Assembly (NCBI GenBank): GCA_965602015.1
Contig: OZ271918.1
Coordinates: 3,328,001 to 3,392,000 of the forward strand
From: Salinispira sp.
GTDB taxonomy: Bacteria > Spirochaetota > Spirochaetia > DSM-27196 > Salinispiraceae
Length of the DNA: 64,000 nucleotides
Reading direction: 5' to 3'
The notes beneath the pieces are model-generated. The model saw only the letters and a list, made by a program, of their open reading frames with translations. It was not told where the DNA came from and ran no database searches. This document shows, piece after piece, positions 31,336-41,078 of this stretch; position 1 is the stretch's first letter, and every line of letters begins with the position of its first letter. The position numbers and the translations under genes are program-made.

Positions 31336-32766
31336 ATGAAAACCTGGACCGCTGCACTGGCCGACGGATCAGCCGAATATCGGCAGTTCGTAACCCGGCG
31401 GGATGAAAACATCGGATCGTTTCTCAGCTTCGATCCGGACTACAGCCCTGATGAACCGGATAGCCAGGACTTTACCATCGCCGATTCTGACCGGGCTTCC
31501 ACCGGAGATGAGGGGGCAATGCTTGAAGGCATGCCCTTTGCGGTGAAGGACAATATCGCGGTCCGCAACATGCCGCTGACCTGCGGCTCCAAGCTTCTCG
31601 AAAATTTTTCATCTCCATACAGCGCCACGGCGGTACGCAAGCTCATTAGCGCCGGCGCCCGTCCGGTGGGCAAAACTAACCTTGATGAGTTCGGCATGGG
31701 TTCTTCCACCGATAACTCAGCGTTAAAAACCACCAGCAATCCCTGGAATCCGGCTATGGTTTCCGGCGGTTCATCCGGAGGATCCGCCGCGGCTGTGGCC
31801 GCCGGCCTGGTGCCCTTCGCCCTCGGTACGGACACCGGAGGCTCCATTCGGCAGCCGGCGGCGTTTTGCGGGGTTTACGGACTCAAGCCCAGTTACGGGG
31901 CAGTCAGCCGCTACGGCCTGGTAGCCTATGCCTCGTCGCTCGAAGTAATCGGTGTATTGAGCAAAGATCTGGATCTGACCAGAACGGTTTTCCATGCAAT
32001 GCGCGGAGCCGACGGAATGGATCACAGCTCGGTCGACTATCGGGAATTCCCCGCAGACGATGGGGCAGTCAAGACCATCGGCGTTCTCACCGGCGATCTA
32101 GGTCTGAGTGACGAAGTAGCCGAAGCCTACTCGCGAAGCATCGAAGTCCTTCAAAAATCCGGGGTTTCCCTCGCCGAGGTTGAACTACCGAGCCTAGAGT
32201 ATGCTGTTCCGGCGTACTACACCATTGCCACCGCAGAAGCCAGCGCGAATTTGGCCAGGTTCAACGGGGTGCGATACGGTGAGCGTCCGCTGTATGCGGA
32301 AAATCCCGACGAACTCGTCCGGAAAAGCCGAGACCTGGGTTTCGGCGACGAAGTCAAACTCCGTATTCTCCTGGGAACCTATGTTTTGCGCTCGGGATTT
32401 CAGGACCGTTACTATCACAAGGCCCAGGCAATCCGGGGAGAGATAAAAAAGGAGTTTACCGAACTGTTTTCCTCGGTGGATACCCTTATGCTGCCGGTGT
32501 ACCCGGTACAAGCCTTCCCCCACGGCGAAGGCGGCCTCGACCCCTTTCAGCAGAAGGTGGCGGACCGCTTCACCACCGCGGCCAATCTCAGCGGGTTGCC
32601 CGGGCTTTCCTGTCCCGGACCGGTGATCGGCGGCCTCCCGTCCGCTGTTCAGTTCATGGCGCCGGCCTTTCACGAGGAACGGCTTTTTTCTTCAGCCCGG
32701 CTGCTTTCCGGCGAGTTTCCCGTTTCTCATGCGCCGGATTTCCCCGAAGAATACCAGCTGACCTGA
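31336..32766 (+). CDS. gatA: Asp/Glu-tRNA amidotransferase subunit A
   Basis: Intact amidase triad AVKDNI, GGSSGGS, DTGGSIRQPA; ANLARFNGVRYG, EVKLRILLG. Confidence 0.95.
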   Translation: MKTWTAALADGSAEYRQFVTRRDENIGSFLSFDPDYSPDEPDSQDFTIADSDRASTGDEGAMLEGMPFAVKDNIAVRNMPLTCGSKLLENFSSPYSATAVRKLISAGARPVGKTNLDEFGMGSSTDNSALKTTSNPWNPAMVSGGSSGGSAAAVAAGLVPFALGTDTGGSIRQPAAFCGVYGLKPSYGAVSRYGLVAYASSLEVIGVLSKDLDLTRTVFHAMRGADGMDHSSVDYREFPADDGAVKTIGVLTGDLGLSDEVAEAYSRSIEVLQKSGVSLAEVELPSLEYAVPAYYTIATAEASANLARFNGVRYGERPLYAENPDELVRKSRDLGFGDEVKLRILLGTYVLRSGFQDRYYHKAQAIRGEIKKEFTELFSSVDTLMLPVYPVQAFPHGEGGLDPFQQKVADRFTTAANLSGLPGLSCPGPVIGGLPSAVQFMAPAFHEERLFSSARLLSGEFPVSHAPDFPEEYQLT

Positions 32767-32778
32767 GGAGGAGGGAGA

Positions 32779-35166
32779 ATGTACCAGTCATTTATCGGAT
32801 TAGAGATACATGTTCAGCTCACCACCGAGTCCAAAGTGTTCTGCAGCTGCCGCAACCGCTTCGGCGACGAGCCCAATACCAACGTGTGTCCGGTTTGCAT
32901 GGGCCTGCCGGGAAGCCTGCCGACCCTCAACGAGGAGGCGATTGCCAAGTCATATGCCGTAGCCCGGGCATTGAACTGCGAGCTGACCTCGGAATGCGTG
33001 TTCGAGCGGAAGAACTATTTTTATCCGGACCTGCCGAAAAACTACCAGATCAGCCAGTTTGAAAAACCATTGGGTACCAACGGGTACATAGATATTGAAT
33101 TCCGCGGCAAAACCAAGCGCATCCGCATTCATGAATGCCACCTCGAAGAAGACGCGGGAAAAATGATCCACGCCGGCGACATGAGCCTTCTTGATTACAA
33201 CCGCACCGGCACACCCCTGCTGGAAATCGTCACCGAGCCCGATATGGAGATGGCCGAGGAGGCGGAGGTTCTTATTCAGGAACTGCGGCGCATCGTCCGC
33301 TACCTGGAGGTCAGCGACGGAAACATGGAGGAAGGCTCCATGCGGGCCGACGCCAATGTATCGATAAATCTGATGGGCAAGGGCCTGGGCAACAAGGTAG
33401 AGGTGAAAAACCTCAACTCTTCCCGCTTCGTGAGAAAATCCCTGGCGTTTGAAATCGAACGTCAGCAGGAAATCATGGAGAAGGGCGGCACCATTGTACA
33501 ACAAACCCGGTTGTGGAACGAGAACCGGGACCAGACCGAGGTCATGCGGACCAAGGAGAATGCCAACGACTACCGGTATTTCCCTGAGCCCGACCTGCCG
33601 CCCTTCAAAACCGACGATACCTTTCTCCGGCGCATAGAGGCCATGCAGGTTGAACTCCCCATCAGCCGCAGGGAGCGCTACCGAAGGGATTTCGGGTTAA
33701 GCGCCGCTCAGGCGGATTTTATCGCCGATGAAAGGGCGACAGCGGAGTATTTCGAAAGCTGCGTTGCCCAGGGGGCGGACCCCCTTCAGCTGGTCACCTG
33801 GCTGAGTTCCGACGTGCAAAAAGAAGTAAACCGGGCCGGCACCAGTCTCGCCGACAGCCCTTTGAGCCCCGATCGCATGGTCTCCATCCTCCAGTTGCTT
33901 GAAAGCGGAAGAATTCACGGAAAAATCGCCAAGCAGGTGCTGCAGGTGATTTTTCAGGAAGATAAAGACCCCGAAGCGATCATAACCGAGCGGAACTGGG
34001 AGCAGATTACCGATCCGGATGCAATCCGGGAAATCGTCGACCGAATAATCGGAGAGAACCCCAAGGCTGCCGAGGAAATTGCCGCCGGCGACAGCAAGCC
34101 GGTGAAATTTCTCATGGGTAAGGTTATGCAGGCCAGCTCAGGCAGGGCAGAGCCCCGTCTTGTCCAGAAAACCCTGGAAGAAGCCCTGCTTGTCAGGACC
34201 CTCGATGTGCTCAGCTTCGGCGGCGCCATCAGCGGAAAGCGGCGGGGCGACGGGCTCATAGAGCCCGGCGACATGCTGGGAGTAAAAAACCGGGTGGCCG
34301 GAGACCGCGATATTGGCGCCGATCTGCGGTTCGAGGAGCTCTCGGTAGGCAGCTTCCTCTCCGAGGAGCTGTCCCCGTCTGACTGGGCGAACCTGACCTA
34401 CCGGGTGGCGTCTCTCGTCGCCCAGGGAAGCGGCGGTATTATCATCGCCCACGGAACCGACACCCTCTCGTACACCGCCGCCCTGCTTCACTGGCTCTTC
34501 GGAGATGTGAAAATTCCCATCGTCCTTGTGGCCACGCTGAATCCAATTGAGGAAGATCCAAAGGGAGAGGAGGATCTGAAGGCCGCTATCCGCAGCGCCG
34601 AAAGCGCACAGGCGGGAGTCTTCGTCCAGATCGGAAAAAGCACCTTTCCGGCGTACAATCTGAAATTCACTAATTTCGAACCGGCGGAAGGAGTTCAGAG
34701 TTTCGCCACCTGGAACGCCGGTATGATTACCAGGGCTCCGGTGGACGGGGCGCTGCTTTTCAGCAGATTTGGAGAGCTACCTGCTCTGAGCGTCCTCGAA
34801 CAGCTCTTTGAAAAGGCGGTTAGCGCCAGCGCATTGGTGAAAATCTACCCGGGTATCAAAAGCAGTTTTATCACCGCCCTCATCGATCAGGGAGTGCGTC
34901 ACATCGTCCTCGAGCTCTACGATTCGGGAACCGCAAATCTTCGTCAGAGCCCGTTCTCCATACGGGAGGCCCTTGAATACGGCAAAAAGGCCGCGGTATC
35001 ATTTTACTGCACCTCCCAGCAGGAGGGCGCCGTTGATTTTGCTGATTACGTCACCAGCCATGAACTCTGGAAGGAAGGGGCGCTGCCCATGGGGCTGGAC
35101 AGCAGCGAAAGTGCCTATGCCCGGGTCATTGCCGGCAGGGTAATCGCCGGGCTACTGGCGGACTGA
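32779..35166 (+). CDS. gatB: GatB fused to a C-terminal asparaginase/GatD-like domain
   Basis: aa 1-~470 GatB (GLEIHVQL, RKNYFYPDLPK, HLEEDAGK, YRYFPEPDLP, YqeY tail). aa ~472-795 has SFGGAISG, IIAHGTDTLSYTA, KIPIVL, VKIYPG, VLELYDSG. Confidence 0.93.
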   Translation: MYQSFIGLEIHVQLTTESKVFCSCRNRFGDEPNTNVCPVCMGLPGSLPTLNEEAIAKSYAVARALNCELTSECVFERKNYFYPDLPKNYQISQFEKPLGTNGYIDIEFRGKTKRIRIHECHLEEDAGKMIHAGDMSLLDYNRTGTPLLEIVTEPDMEMAEEAEVLIQELRRIVRYLEVSDGNMEEGSMRADANVSINLMGKGLGNKVEVKNLNSSRFVRKSLAFEIERQQEIMEKGGTIVQQTRLWNENRDQTEVMRTKENANDYRYFPEPDLPPFKTDDTFLRRIEAMQVELPISRRERYRRDFGLSAAQADFIADERATAEYFESCVAQGADPLQLVTWLSSDVQKEVNRAGTSLADSPLSPDRMVSILQLLESGRIHGKIAKQVLQVIFQEDKDPEAIITERNWEQITDPDAIREIVDRIIGENPKAAEEIAAGDSKPVKFLMGKVMQASSGRAEPRLVQKTLEEALLVRTLDVLSFGGAISGKRRGDGLIEPGDMLGVKNRVAGDRDIGADLRFEELSVGSFLSEELSPSDWANLTYRVASLVAQGSGGIIIAHGTDTLSYTAALLHWLFGDVKIPIVLVATLNPIEEDPKGEEDLKAAIRSAESAQAGVFVQIGKSTFPAYNLKFTNFEPAEGVQSFATWNAGMITRAPVDGALLFSRFGELPALSVLEQLFEKAVSASALVKIYPGIKSSFITALIDQGVRHIVLELYDSGTANLRQSPFSIREALEYGKKAAVSFYCTSQQEGAVDFADYVTSHELWKEGALPMGLDSSESAYARVIAGRVIAGLLAD

Positions 35167-35230
35167 GTATTTCCCGGCGGTATGCGCCGGAAGCCCCAAT
35201 GTGCAATTTTGATAATATCGAGGTGAACAT

Positions 35231-36508
35231 ATGATGGAACGGGTTTTAGCCGGAGAACTTTCCGGACATGAAGGACAGGAAGTAACAGCATCCGGATGGG
35301 TACACCGCATCCGCGAACTGGGGGCCATCAGTTTTGTATTGTTGAGAGACCGAAGCGGTCAGATGCAGCTCGTGTTCGACGGCAAGGTCGACTTCAGTCT
35401 CGAATCAGTGATTCAGGCAAAAGGAATCGTCAAGGCAAACGACAAAGCCCCGGGCGGATACGAACTGCAGGTCGGCGAAGCGTCGGTTATTGCGCCCGCG
35501 GCTCCCGAACTGAGCTTCCCGGTGAACCAGGATCCGGACAACATCGGCATTGACGCGGTGCTGGACAACCGGATGATGAGCCTGAGAAACCCAAAAATAC
35601 TCGATATTTTTCGGCTCCAGAGCGGCATTGTGGGGTTCTTCCAGGAATACCTTCGGTCCCGGGACTTTACGGAAATAAAGACATCGAAATTAATCGGATC
35701 GGGAACCGAGGGCGGAACCGGGCTTTTCGAAGTGAGTTACTTCGACACCAGGGTATTCCTCGCCCAGAGCCCGCAGTTTTACAAACAGGCCATGATTGCC
35801 AGCGGACTTGAGCGGGTGTTCGAGGTGGGGGCGGCGTACCGCGCCGAAAAACACGACACCCCGCGACACCTGAATGAGTATGTGTCCCTCGATGTAGAAA
35901 TGGCTTTTATCGACAGCGAAGAAGACCTCATGGACCTGGAATGCGGAATTCTCAAAGCCGTTTTTTCCGGGGTAAAGGACAAATACGCGGATATTCTCGA
36001 ACGCTACGGCGCGACGGTGCCGGATGCGGATCGGGTGGACGCCATTCCCCGCATCACCCACGAGGAAGCAAAGGACATCATTTCCAAACGGGGCGGAAAA
36101 AAGGTTTTCGAAATTAATCCCGAGGGGGAACGCCTAATCTGCGAGTGGGCCGAAGAAGAACACGGCATCTCAGCGGTATTTATTACCGCTTTTCCCCGGA
36201 AAAAGCGGCCATTTTACACCTTCCCCGAGGGTCAGAAGACCAAAAGTTTCGATCTCATTTTCAGAGGGCTGGAAATCACCACCGGAGGCCGGCGGATAAA
36301 CGACTATTCCATGATGCAGGAAACCCTGCCCAAGTTCGGCATGACCGAAGAGGGTTTGGGCGGGTACATCGATATTTTCAAATACGGCTGTCCGCCCCAC
36401 GGTGGATTTGCCATCGGCCTGGAGCGAATTACCCAAAAAATCCTCGGCCTGTCAAATGTAAAAGAAGCGAGCCTCTTCCCCCGGGATCGAAAGCGGATCA
36501 CTCCCTAG
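35231..36508 (+). CDS. aspS: Non-discriminating, archaeal-type aspartyl-tRNA synthetase (AspRS2)
   Basis: 425 aa with no GAD domain; GWVHRIR, KAPGG, LAQSPQFYKQ, YRAEKHDTPRHLNE, PPHGGFAIGLER, FPRD. Confidence 0.93.
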   Translation: MMERVLAGELSGHEGQEVTASGWVHRIRELGAISFVLLRDRSGQMQLVFDGKVDFSLESVIQAKGIVKANDKAPGGYELQVGEASVIAPAAPELSFPVNQDPDNIGIDAVLDNRMMSLRNPKILDIFRLQSGIVGFFQEYLRSRDFTEIKTSKLIGSGTEGGTGLFEVSYFDTRVFLAQSPQFYKQAMIASGLERVFEVGAAYRAEKHDTPRHLNEYVSLDVEMAFIDSEEDLMDLECGILKAVFSGVKDKYADILERYGATVPDADRVDAIPRITHEEAKDIISKRGGKKVFEINPEGERLICEWAEEEHGISAVFITAFPRKKRPFYTFPEGQKTKSFDLIFRGLEITTGGRRINDYSMMQETLPKFGMTEEGLGGYIDIFKYGCPPHGGFAIGLERITQKILGLSNVKEASLFPRDRKRITP

Positions 36509-36512
36509 GGCT

Positions 36513-37544
36513 ATGATTTTTGCTCTTCTCGCGGTATCGCTGGTTTTGCTTGGAGGATGCGGCACCGGCCCAATAAACCCGCCGTTCGCCGAGTATGCCC
36601 GGGGAGACGCCCGGCTGATTATTGCGGCAAGCGCCGAGGGTTTGACCCAGCGGGCCTATCGCCGGCTGGCGAGGGCAGATAACCCTCTGTTTGATCTTTT
36701 GAGAGATAGCGACCTGCTATTCTATGGCGCCGGAGCGTCGGGGGACGTCGGCACCGGTACGCCGGGGAGCGGGGGACCTGGTCTTCCCCGCGACAGCGGT
36801 CGGCCTGGGCGGGAAGACGCTGATTCCCCGAATTCCCCGCCCCTCACAGTCGGACAATACATCAATAGCTGGCTGCCCGAACGGAAAACCGCATTCATAG
36901 ACGCCCTTGCCTCTCTTCCGGGAATGGATAATCCCGGGGCCCGGGAGGCGGTGCTAAGCTCCGCGCCGTTTTCCGCCCTTAAAATCCTGGAACATGACAT
37001 CCTTGCCCCTGCGGCGGGTTTTGAAAATCTCCGCTCTTCGGGCCGGCTCTACGCAGACCTGGCCGCCCGGCGCCGAATAGAAATTCGGCCTTTGCCCGCG
37101 ACGCTTTCGGAGTTCGACGACGAAATCCCCCACGAGATTAGCATGAATTTCCTGGAGCACCTGGTTTTGCTCCGCCCGGATCAGGCGAGGCTTATGTCCT
37201 CCTATGAGCGCAGATCGGAGTCGGCCCTTGAGCGGATATCCGGCAGCGGCGGAAGCGATGACCAGGAGTCCGGGTTCTATGAGCTCCTGGGAGGGCTCAT
37301 GGGAGCCGGGTGGGAAGCCGACAAACCACTCATGGACTTTATCCGGGAGAAGGAGGCAGCGGGGAACCGGATAATCCGGAGCTACTGGATGCCCGTCATA
37401 GAGGAGTTTTTCGCCCAGTCGCCGGCGGACAGCGCTGTATTTCTCATTGCTCCGCTGGAACTACTTGGCGGATCGGCTGAGTTATTTTCGGGAATGCTCG
37501 AAGCGGCGGGGTGGCGGCAGTTGAGAGCGACGGGGTTCCGGTAA
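36513..37544 (+). CDS. Lipoprotein, possibly degenerate TraB/GumN-like
   Basis: Lipobox LLGGC; C-terminal WMPVIEEFF...VFLIAP...MLEAAGW resembles the TraB/GumN tail. Confidence 0.5.
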   Translation: MIFALLAVSLVLLGGCGTGPINPPFAEYARGDARLIIAASAEGLTQRAYRRLARADNPLFDLLRDSDLLFYGAGASGDVGTGTPGSGGPGLPRDSGRPGREDADSPNSPPLTVGQYINSWLPERKTAFIDALASLPGMDNPGAREAVLSSAPFSALKILEHDILAPAAGFENLRSSGRLYADLAARRRIEIRPLPATLSEFDDEIPHEISMNFLEHLVLLRPDQARLMSSYERRSESALERISGSGGSDDQESGFYELLGGLMGAGWEADKPLMDFIREKEAAGNRIIRSYWMPVIEEFFAQSPADSAVFLIAPLELLGGSAELFSGMLEAAGWRQLRATGFR

Positions 37545-37569
37545 ACCCGGCGGCCAGGCATCCGGAAAA

Positions 37570-37600
37570 TAAAAAAACCGGGAGCGAATCGCCCCCGGTG
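37570..37600 (-). terminator. Terminator after the SPFH operon
   Basis: A run followed by CCGGG-AGCGAATCGC-CCCCGG between convergent genes. Confidence 0.55.
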
Positions 37601-37622
37601 TTGATGTGCCGATGACTGAGAC

Positions 37623-38555
37623 TTAGGTAAGACTCTTGCCTACGGAAATTTTCTTGAGCTTTTCCAGGGCCTCGTCGATTCTCGTGAGGTCTATGGGCAG
37701 GATCACCTGGGTGTCCTTTTTTGCCAGGGAGCTCATGGATTTCACATAACCTTCCATAATTTGCAGATTCAAAGCTTCATCGCCCCCGGGCACCGAAATG
37801 GCTTCTGCCAGAGTGGAAATACTCGCGGCGGTCGCCTTGGCAATGGAGAGAATTTCCGCCGCCCGGCCGTTGGCCTCGTTTATCAGCTGTTCCTTGATAC
37901 CCTCGGAACGGTTGATGTTTTCCTGCATTTCACCCTGGCTGTGATTAACTTTTGAAGCCCTTTCGCCCTCGCTTCTGGCAATTACCGCCCGTTTTTCACG
38001 CTCTGCCTTGAGCTGGATTTCCATGGCGACCAAAATGTCCTGGGGAACCTCAATGTTTTTAATTTCATAGCGGGTGATTTTTACCCCCCAGGGGTCGGTT
38101 GCCTGATCGACTTCCTTGACGATGGCTGCGTTTATCTGGTCCCGTTCCTCAAAGGTTTTATCCAGGTCCAGTTTTCCGATTACCGAGCGCATGGTGGTCT
38201 GCGCCAGCTGCACCGTGGCCATCCGGTAGTTGGTGATGCCGTAACTGGCCTTGCTGGGGTCGATCACCTGGAAATACAGCACGCCGTCGACCTTGATTCG
38301 GACGTTGTCGTGGGTGAAGCAGCTCTGGCTGGGGACGTCCAGGGCCTGTTCCTTCATGGAGTGGGTATACCGCACCTTGTCGATGAAGGGTATGAGCAGA
38401 TGCAGACCGGCTTCGAGGCTGTTGGTGAATTTCCCCAGGCGCTCGACGACCCGCACCTGCTTGGAGGGAATAACCTGAATGCTGCGGAGCAGGGAAATTG
38501 CCACGGTCAGGCCGAAGCCCCCCGCAAGGATGTAGAGAAATAGCATTCCGCTCAT
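37623..38555 (-). CDS. SPFH/stomatin-like (paraslipin) protein
   Basis: VVERLGK, TTMRSVIGKLDLDKTFEER, PWGVKITRYEIK, AEREKRA. Confidence 0.94.
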   Translation of the reverse strand: MSGMLFLYILAGGFGLTVAISLLRSIQVIPSKQVRVVERLGKFTNSLEAGLHLLIPFIDKVRYTHSMKEQALDVPSQSCFTHDNVRIKVDGVLYFQVIDPSKASYGITNYRMATVQLAQTTMRSVIGKLDLDKTFEERDQINAAIVKEVDQATDPWGVKITRYEIKNIEVPQDILVAMEIQLKAEREKRAVIARSEGERASKVNHSQGEMQENINRSEGIKEQLINEANGRAAEILSIAKATAASISTLAEAISVPGGDEALNLQIMEGYVKSMSSLAKKDTQVILPIDLTRIDEALEKLKKISVGKSLT

Positions 38556-39481
38556 GAGTTGCCTCCCTTGGAATTGCCCGGCAGCATGGTTGAAACCACC
38601 GACTGAATTTGCGCCAGATCGTGGGGCATTACCGAAACCTGGGCGTCCGAGAGAATGCCTTCCAGCTGCTGTACGAACTGGTTGGTGAGCCGCAGATTCA
38701 CCGCCTTGTCGCCTCCCGGTGACTTAATGGCGTCGGCGACCATTTTGATGCCTTCGGCGGTGGCGTTTGCCACGATGGTAATGGCTTCCGCCCGTCCTTC
38801 GGCTTCGTTGATCCGCTTTTGCTGATCACCCTTTGACTTGTTTATGGATTCTTCCCGGTCGCCCCGGGAAACGTTGATGCGGCTTTCCTTCACCCCTTCG
38901 GATTCGAGTATTTCCGCCCGTTTCTCCCGTTCGGCCCGAACCTGGGCTTCCATGGCGTCCACCACCGTCGGGTTGGGAATAATATCCTTGATTTCGTACC
39001 GGGTAACCTTGATTCCCCAGGGGTCGGAGGCCACGTCGACGGCTTTGACAATGGCATTATTCATGATTTCCCGTTCCGAGAAGGTCCTGTCCAAATCGAG
39101 TTTTCCGATTTCGCTTCGCATGTTGGATTGGGCAAGCTGGGCGGTGGCGAACCGGTAGTTGTCTATGCCGTAACTCGCCTTTTCTGCATCCATCACCTTC
39201 AGATAGAGGATTCCGTCCACAGTCACCTGGACGTTGTCCTTGGTAATACACACCTGCGGGGGCACGTCGATGACTTCCTCTTTTAGTTCGTGCTGATCAA
39301 CTACCCGCTGCAATCCGGGGACTACCAGGTGAAAACCCGGGCCCAGGGTCTTTTGGTATTTTCCCAGGAACTCCAGGACCCAGGCCTGCTGTTCAGGCAC
39401 GATCCGCAATAACTTAAAAAACAGGATGAATACCCCAAGGGCTATTCCCCCGCTTACCAATAAACCGGTAATCACGTCCAT
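38552..39481 (-). CDS. SPFH/stomatin-like (paraslipin) protein
   Basis: Paralog of the above: ITKDNV, MRSEIGKLDLDRTF, AEREKRAEILESEG. Confidence 0.94.
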   Translation of the reverse strand: MDVITGLLVSGGIALGVFILFFKLLRIVPEQQAWVLEFLGKYQKTLGPGFHLVVPGLQRVVDQHELKEEVIDVPPQVCITKDNVQVTVDGILYLKVMDAEKASYGIDNYRFATAQLAQSNMRSEIGKLDLDRTFSEREIMNNAIVKAVDVASDPWGIKVTRYEIKDIIPNPTVVDAMEAQVRAEREKRAEILESEGVKESRINVSRGDREESINKSKGDQQKRINEAEGRAEAITIVANATAEGIKMVADAIKSPGGDKAVNLRLTNQFVQQLEGILSDAQVSVMPHDLAQIQSVVSTMLPGNSKGGNS

Positions 39482-39537
39482 ACTGCCTCCTTACGTATTC
39501 CAGTCAATCTATGTGTATTACCCCAATGGATGGGTTT

Positions 39538-40002
39538 TTATTCACCGTTTTCAGGTAGAAGGGGATCGCCAACGTAATAGGTCATTCCCTCTTTTTTTAA
39601 GATCCAGACGCTGCTGCCCTTTTTGTAGGTCTTGTCAAAACTCAGGGCTGCCCAGCTGGTGCCCATATAGCTGATGCGGCCGGGTTTCTCAGGAGTAATG
39701 GTTTCGAGAACCTTGGCGCTCCGTCCGCCGTCGTCGTAGTCGTGGTCTCCGGCTGTTATTTGCTTGCCGGTGAATATTTTCTTGAAATACTTCCTCAACG
39801 AAACCAGGGAAAGGGTGGACATGCCGACAAAAAGCAGGATCTGGGGTGCAATCAGGGACGACAGGCCGGGAATGAGGGCCGTCAGAAGGGAGGTAAGCAG
39901 GGCGCCGGCACCGAAAAAAATTATCACCAGGCCGGGGATGAAGAACTCCGATATAACCATCAGGAAACCCACAATAGCCCAGAAAATCGCCATAATATCC
40001 AT
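39538..40002 (-). CDS. NfeD family protein
   Basis: Three N-terminal TM helices (EFFIPG) plus OB domain GRISYMGTSWAA; upstream of the SPFH pair. Confidence 0.9.
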   Translation of the reverse strand: MDIMAIFWAIVGFLMVISEFFIPGLVIIFFGAGALLTSLLTALIPGLSSLIAPQILLFVGMSTLSLVSLRKYFKKIFTGKQITAGDHDYDDGGRSAKVLETITPEKPGRISYMGTSWAALSFDKTYKKGSSVWILKKEGMTYYVGDPLLPENGE

Positions 40003-40021
40003 GTTCTACCTCTCCTGCACT

Positions 40022-40960
40022 TTACCAGTTTCGTACGCGGGTATTCATTTTTTCAATGCCAAAGACCCGGCAAATATCATCTTCAATGTTATCTATGAGG
40101 TGCTCCGACCAGTGGAAAAATGAGGTTTTGTCCCCCAAATCCGATCCGGCGACGCGCTGGGCAATCCATGATTTTTCCTTTTCATCCATAAGGGACTCCA
40201 CCACGATGAGACGGTCAAAGGAGCGGTCGGGAAAATCTCCGTCCGGCGCTTCATCCGGGCAGCTGAGAAAAAGCAGCCTGTCGGCCTGGCGGCTCAGGGC
40301 ATTTTCCATCGCAGCCTGGGCATGGGCGATGGTGGCTTCGGCGGACTCGTGGATGGTGTGATGCTCGTTGTGAACCGCCTTCACTTCCTGATAGTATCTC
40401 CGGTAATGAGGGGCATAGAGGGTGCGGAAGTGGGCGGCCAGCCGTCGGCTCAGTACCTCGCTGTCCTTTCCGGCAAATATGCCCACCCGTTTGATAAAAT
40501 AAGGCCGCACAACTTCCGGAAGAAAGCGCCAATGCCGAAGGGGTTCATTGCGGATGTCGCTGCCGGAAACCGGCAGCTGATCCCGGTTCGGGTCGACGGG
40601 CAGGAATTCCGCCCCCAGTTCGCCGGCGAGCTTCCAGCCGTAGTCTTCCGAGGCGAAAAGGTAATCGATGTTTTCGTCGCGCAGCCGCGAACGGATTGCA
40701 TCAGCCCAGATGACGTGTGCATCGGGCCGGTTGCGGTTGGCGTCGGGGTTCTCCTCAGTGATGTGGACGATTTCCGCCGAGGGATAGAGTTCTTTCATCC
40801 ATTCGAAGCGGAGATCCCCGGGAATTTCATCTCTCGAGAGGGTGCACACGAATATATAGAGCCTGTCCACAAATGAAGTGGCGAAATCCACCAGATAACG
40901 GTGGCCGTTATGAGGCGGGTTGAAGCGTCCGATTATCACCCCGCTGCCGCTTTTGATCAT
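40022..40960 (-). CDS. NadR-type NMN adenylyltransferase with eroded kinase domain
   Basis: GRFNPPHNGH, IPGDLRFEW, FASEDYG, PVSGSDIR, WRFLPEVVRPYF; start inferred. Confidence 0.8.
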   Translation of the reverse strand: MIKSGSGVIIGRFNPPHNGHRYLVDFATSFVDRLYIFVCTLSRDEIPGDLRFEWMKELYPSAEIVHITEENPDANRNRPDAHVIWADAIRSRLRDENIDYLFASEDYGWKLAGELGAEFLPVDPNRDQLPVSGSDIRNEPLRHWRFLPEVVRPYFIKRVGIFAGKDSEVLSRRLAAHFRTLYAPHYRRYYQEVKAVHNEHHTIHESAEATIAHAQAAMENALSRQADRLLFLSCPDEAPDGDFPDRSFDRLIVVESLMDEKEKSWIAQRVAGSDLGDKTSFFHWSEHLIDNIEDDICRVFGIEKMNTRVRNW

Positions 40961-41078
40961 ATGGTCCAGAATACTACCTGGATCGAAACACAATCAATAT
41001 ATTCTTCCTGTATACTGGGAATAGATGCGTAAAGCCGGCGCCAACGCCGGCAAATCCGGAACCGGAGCGGAGGGGTTT

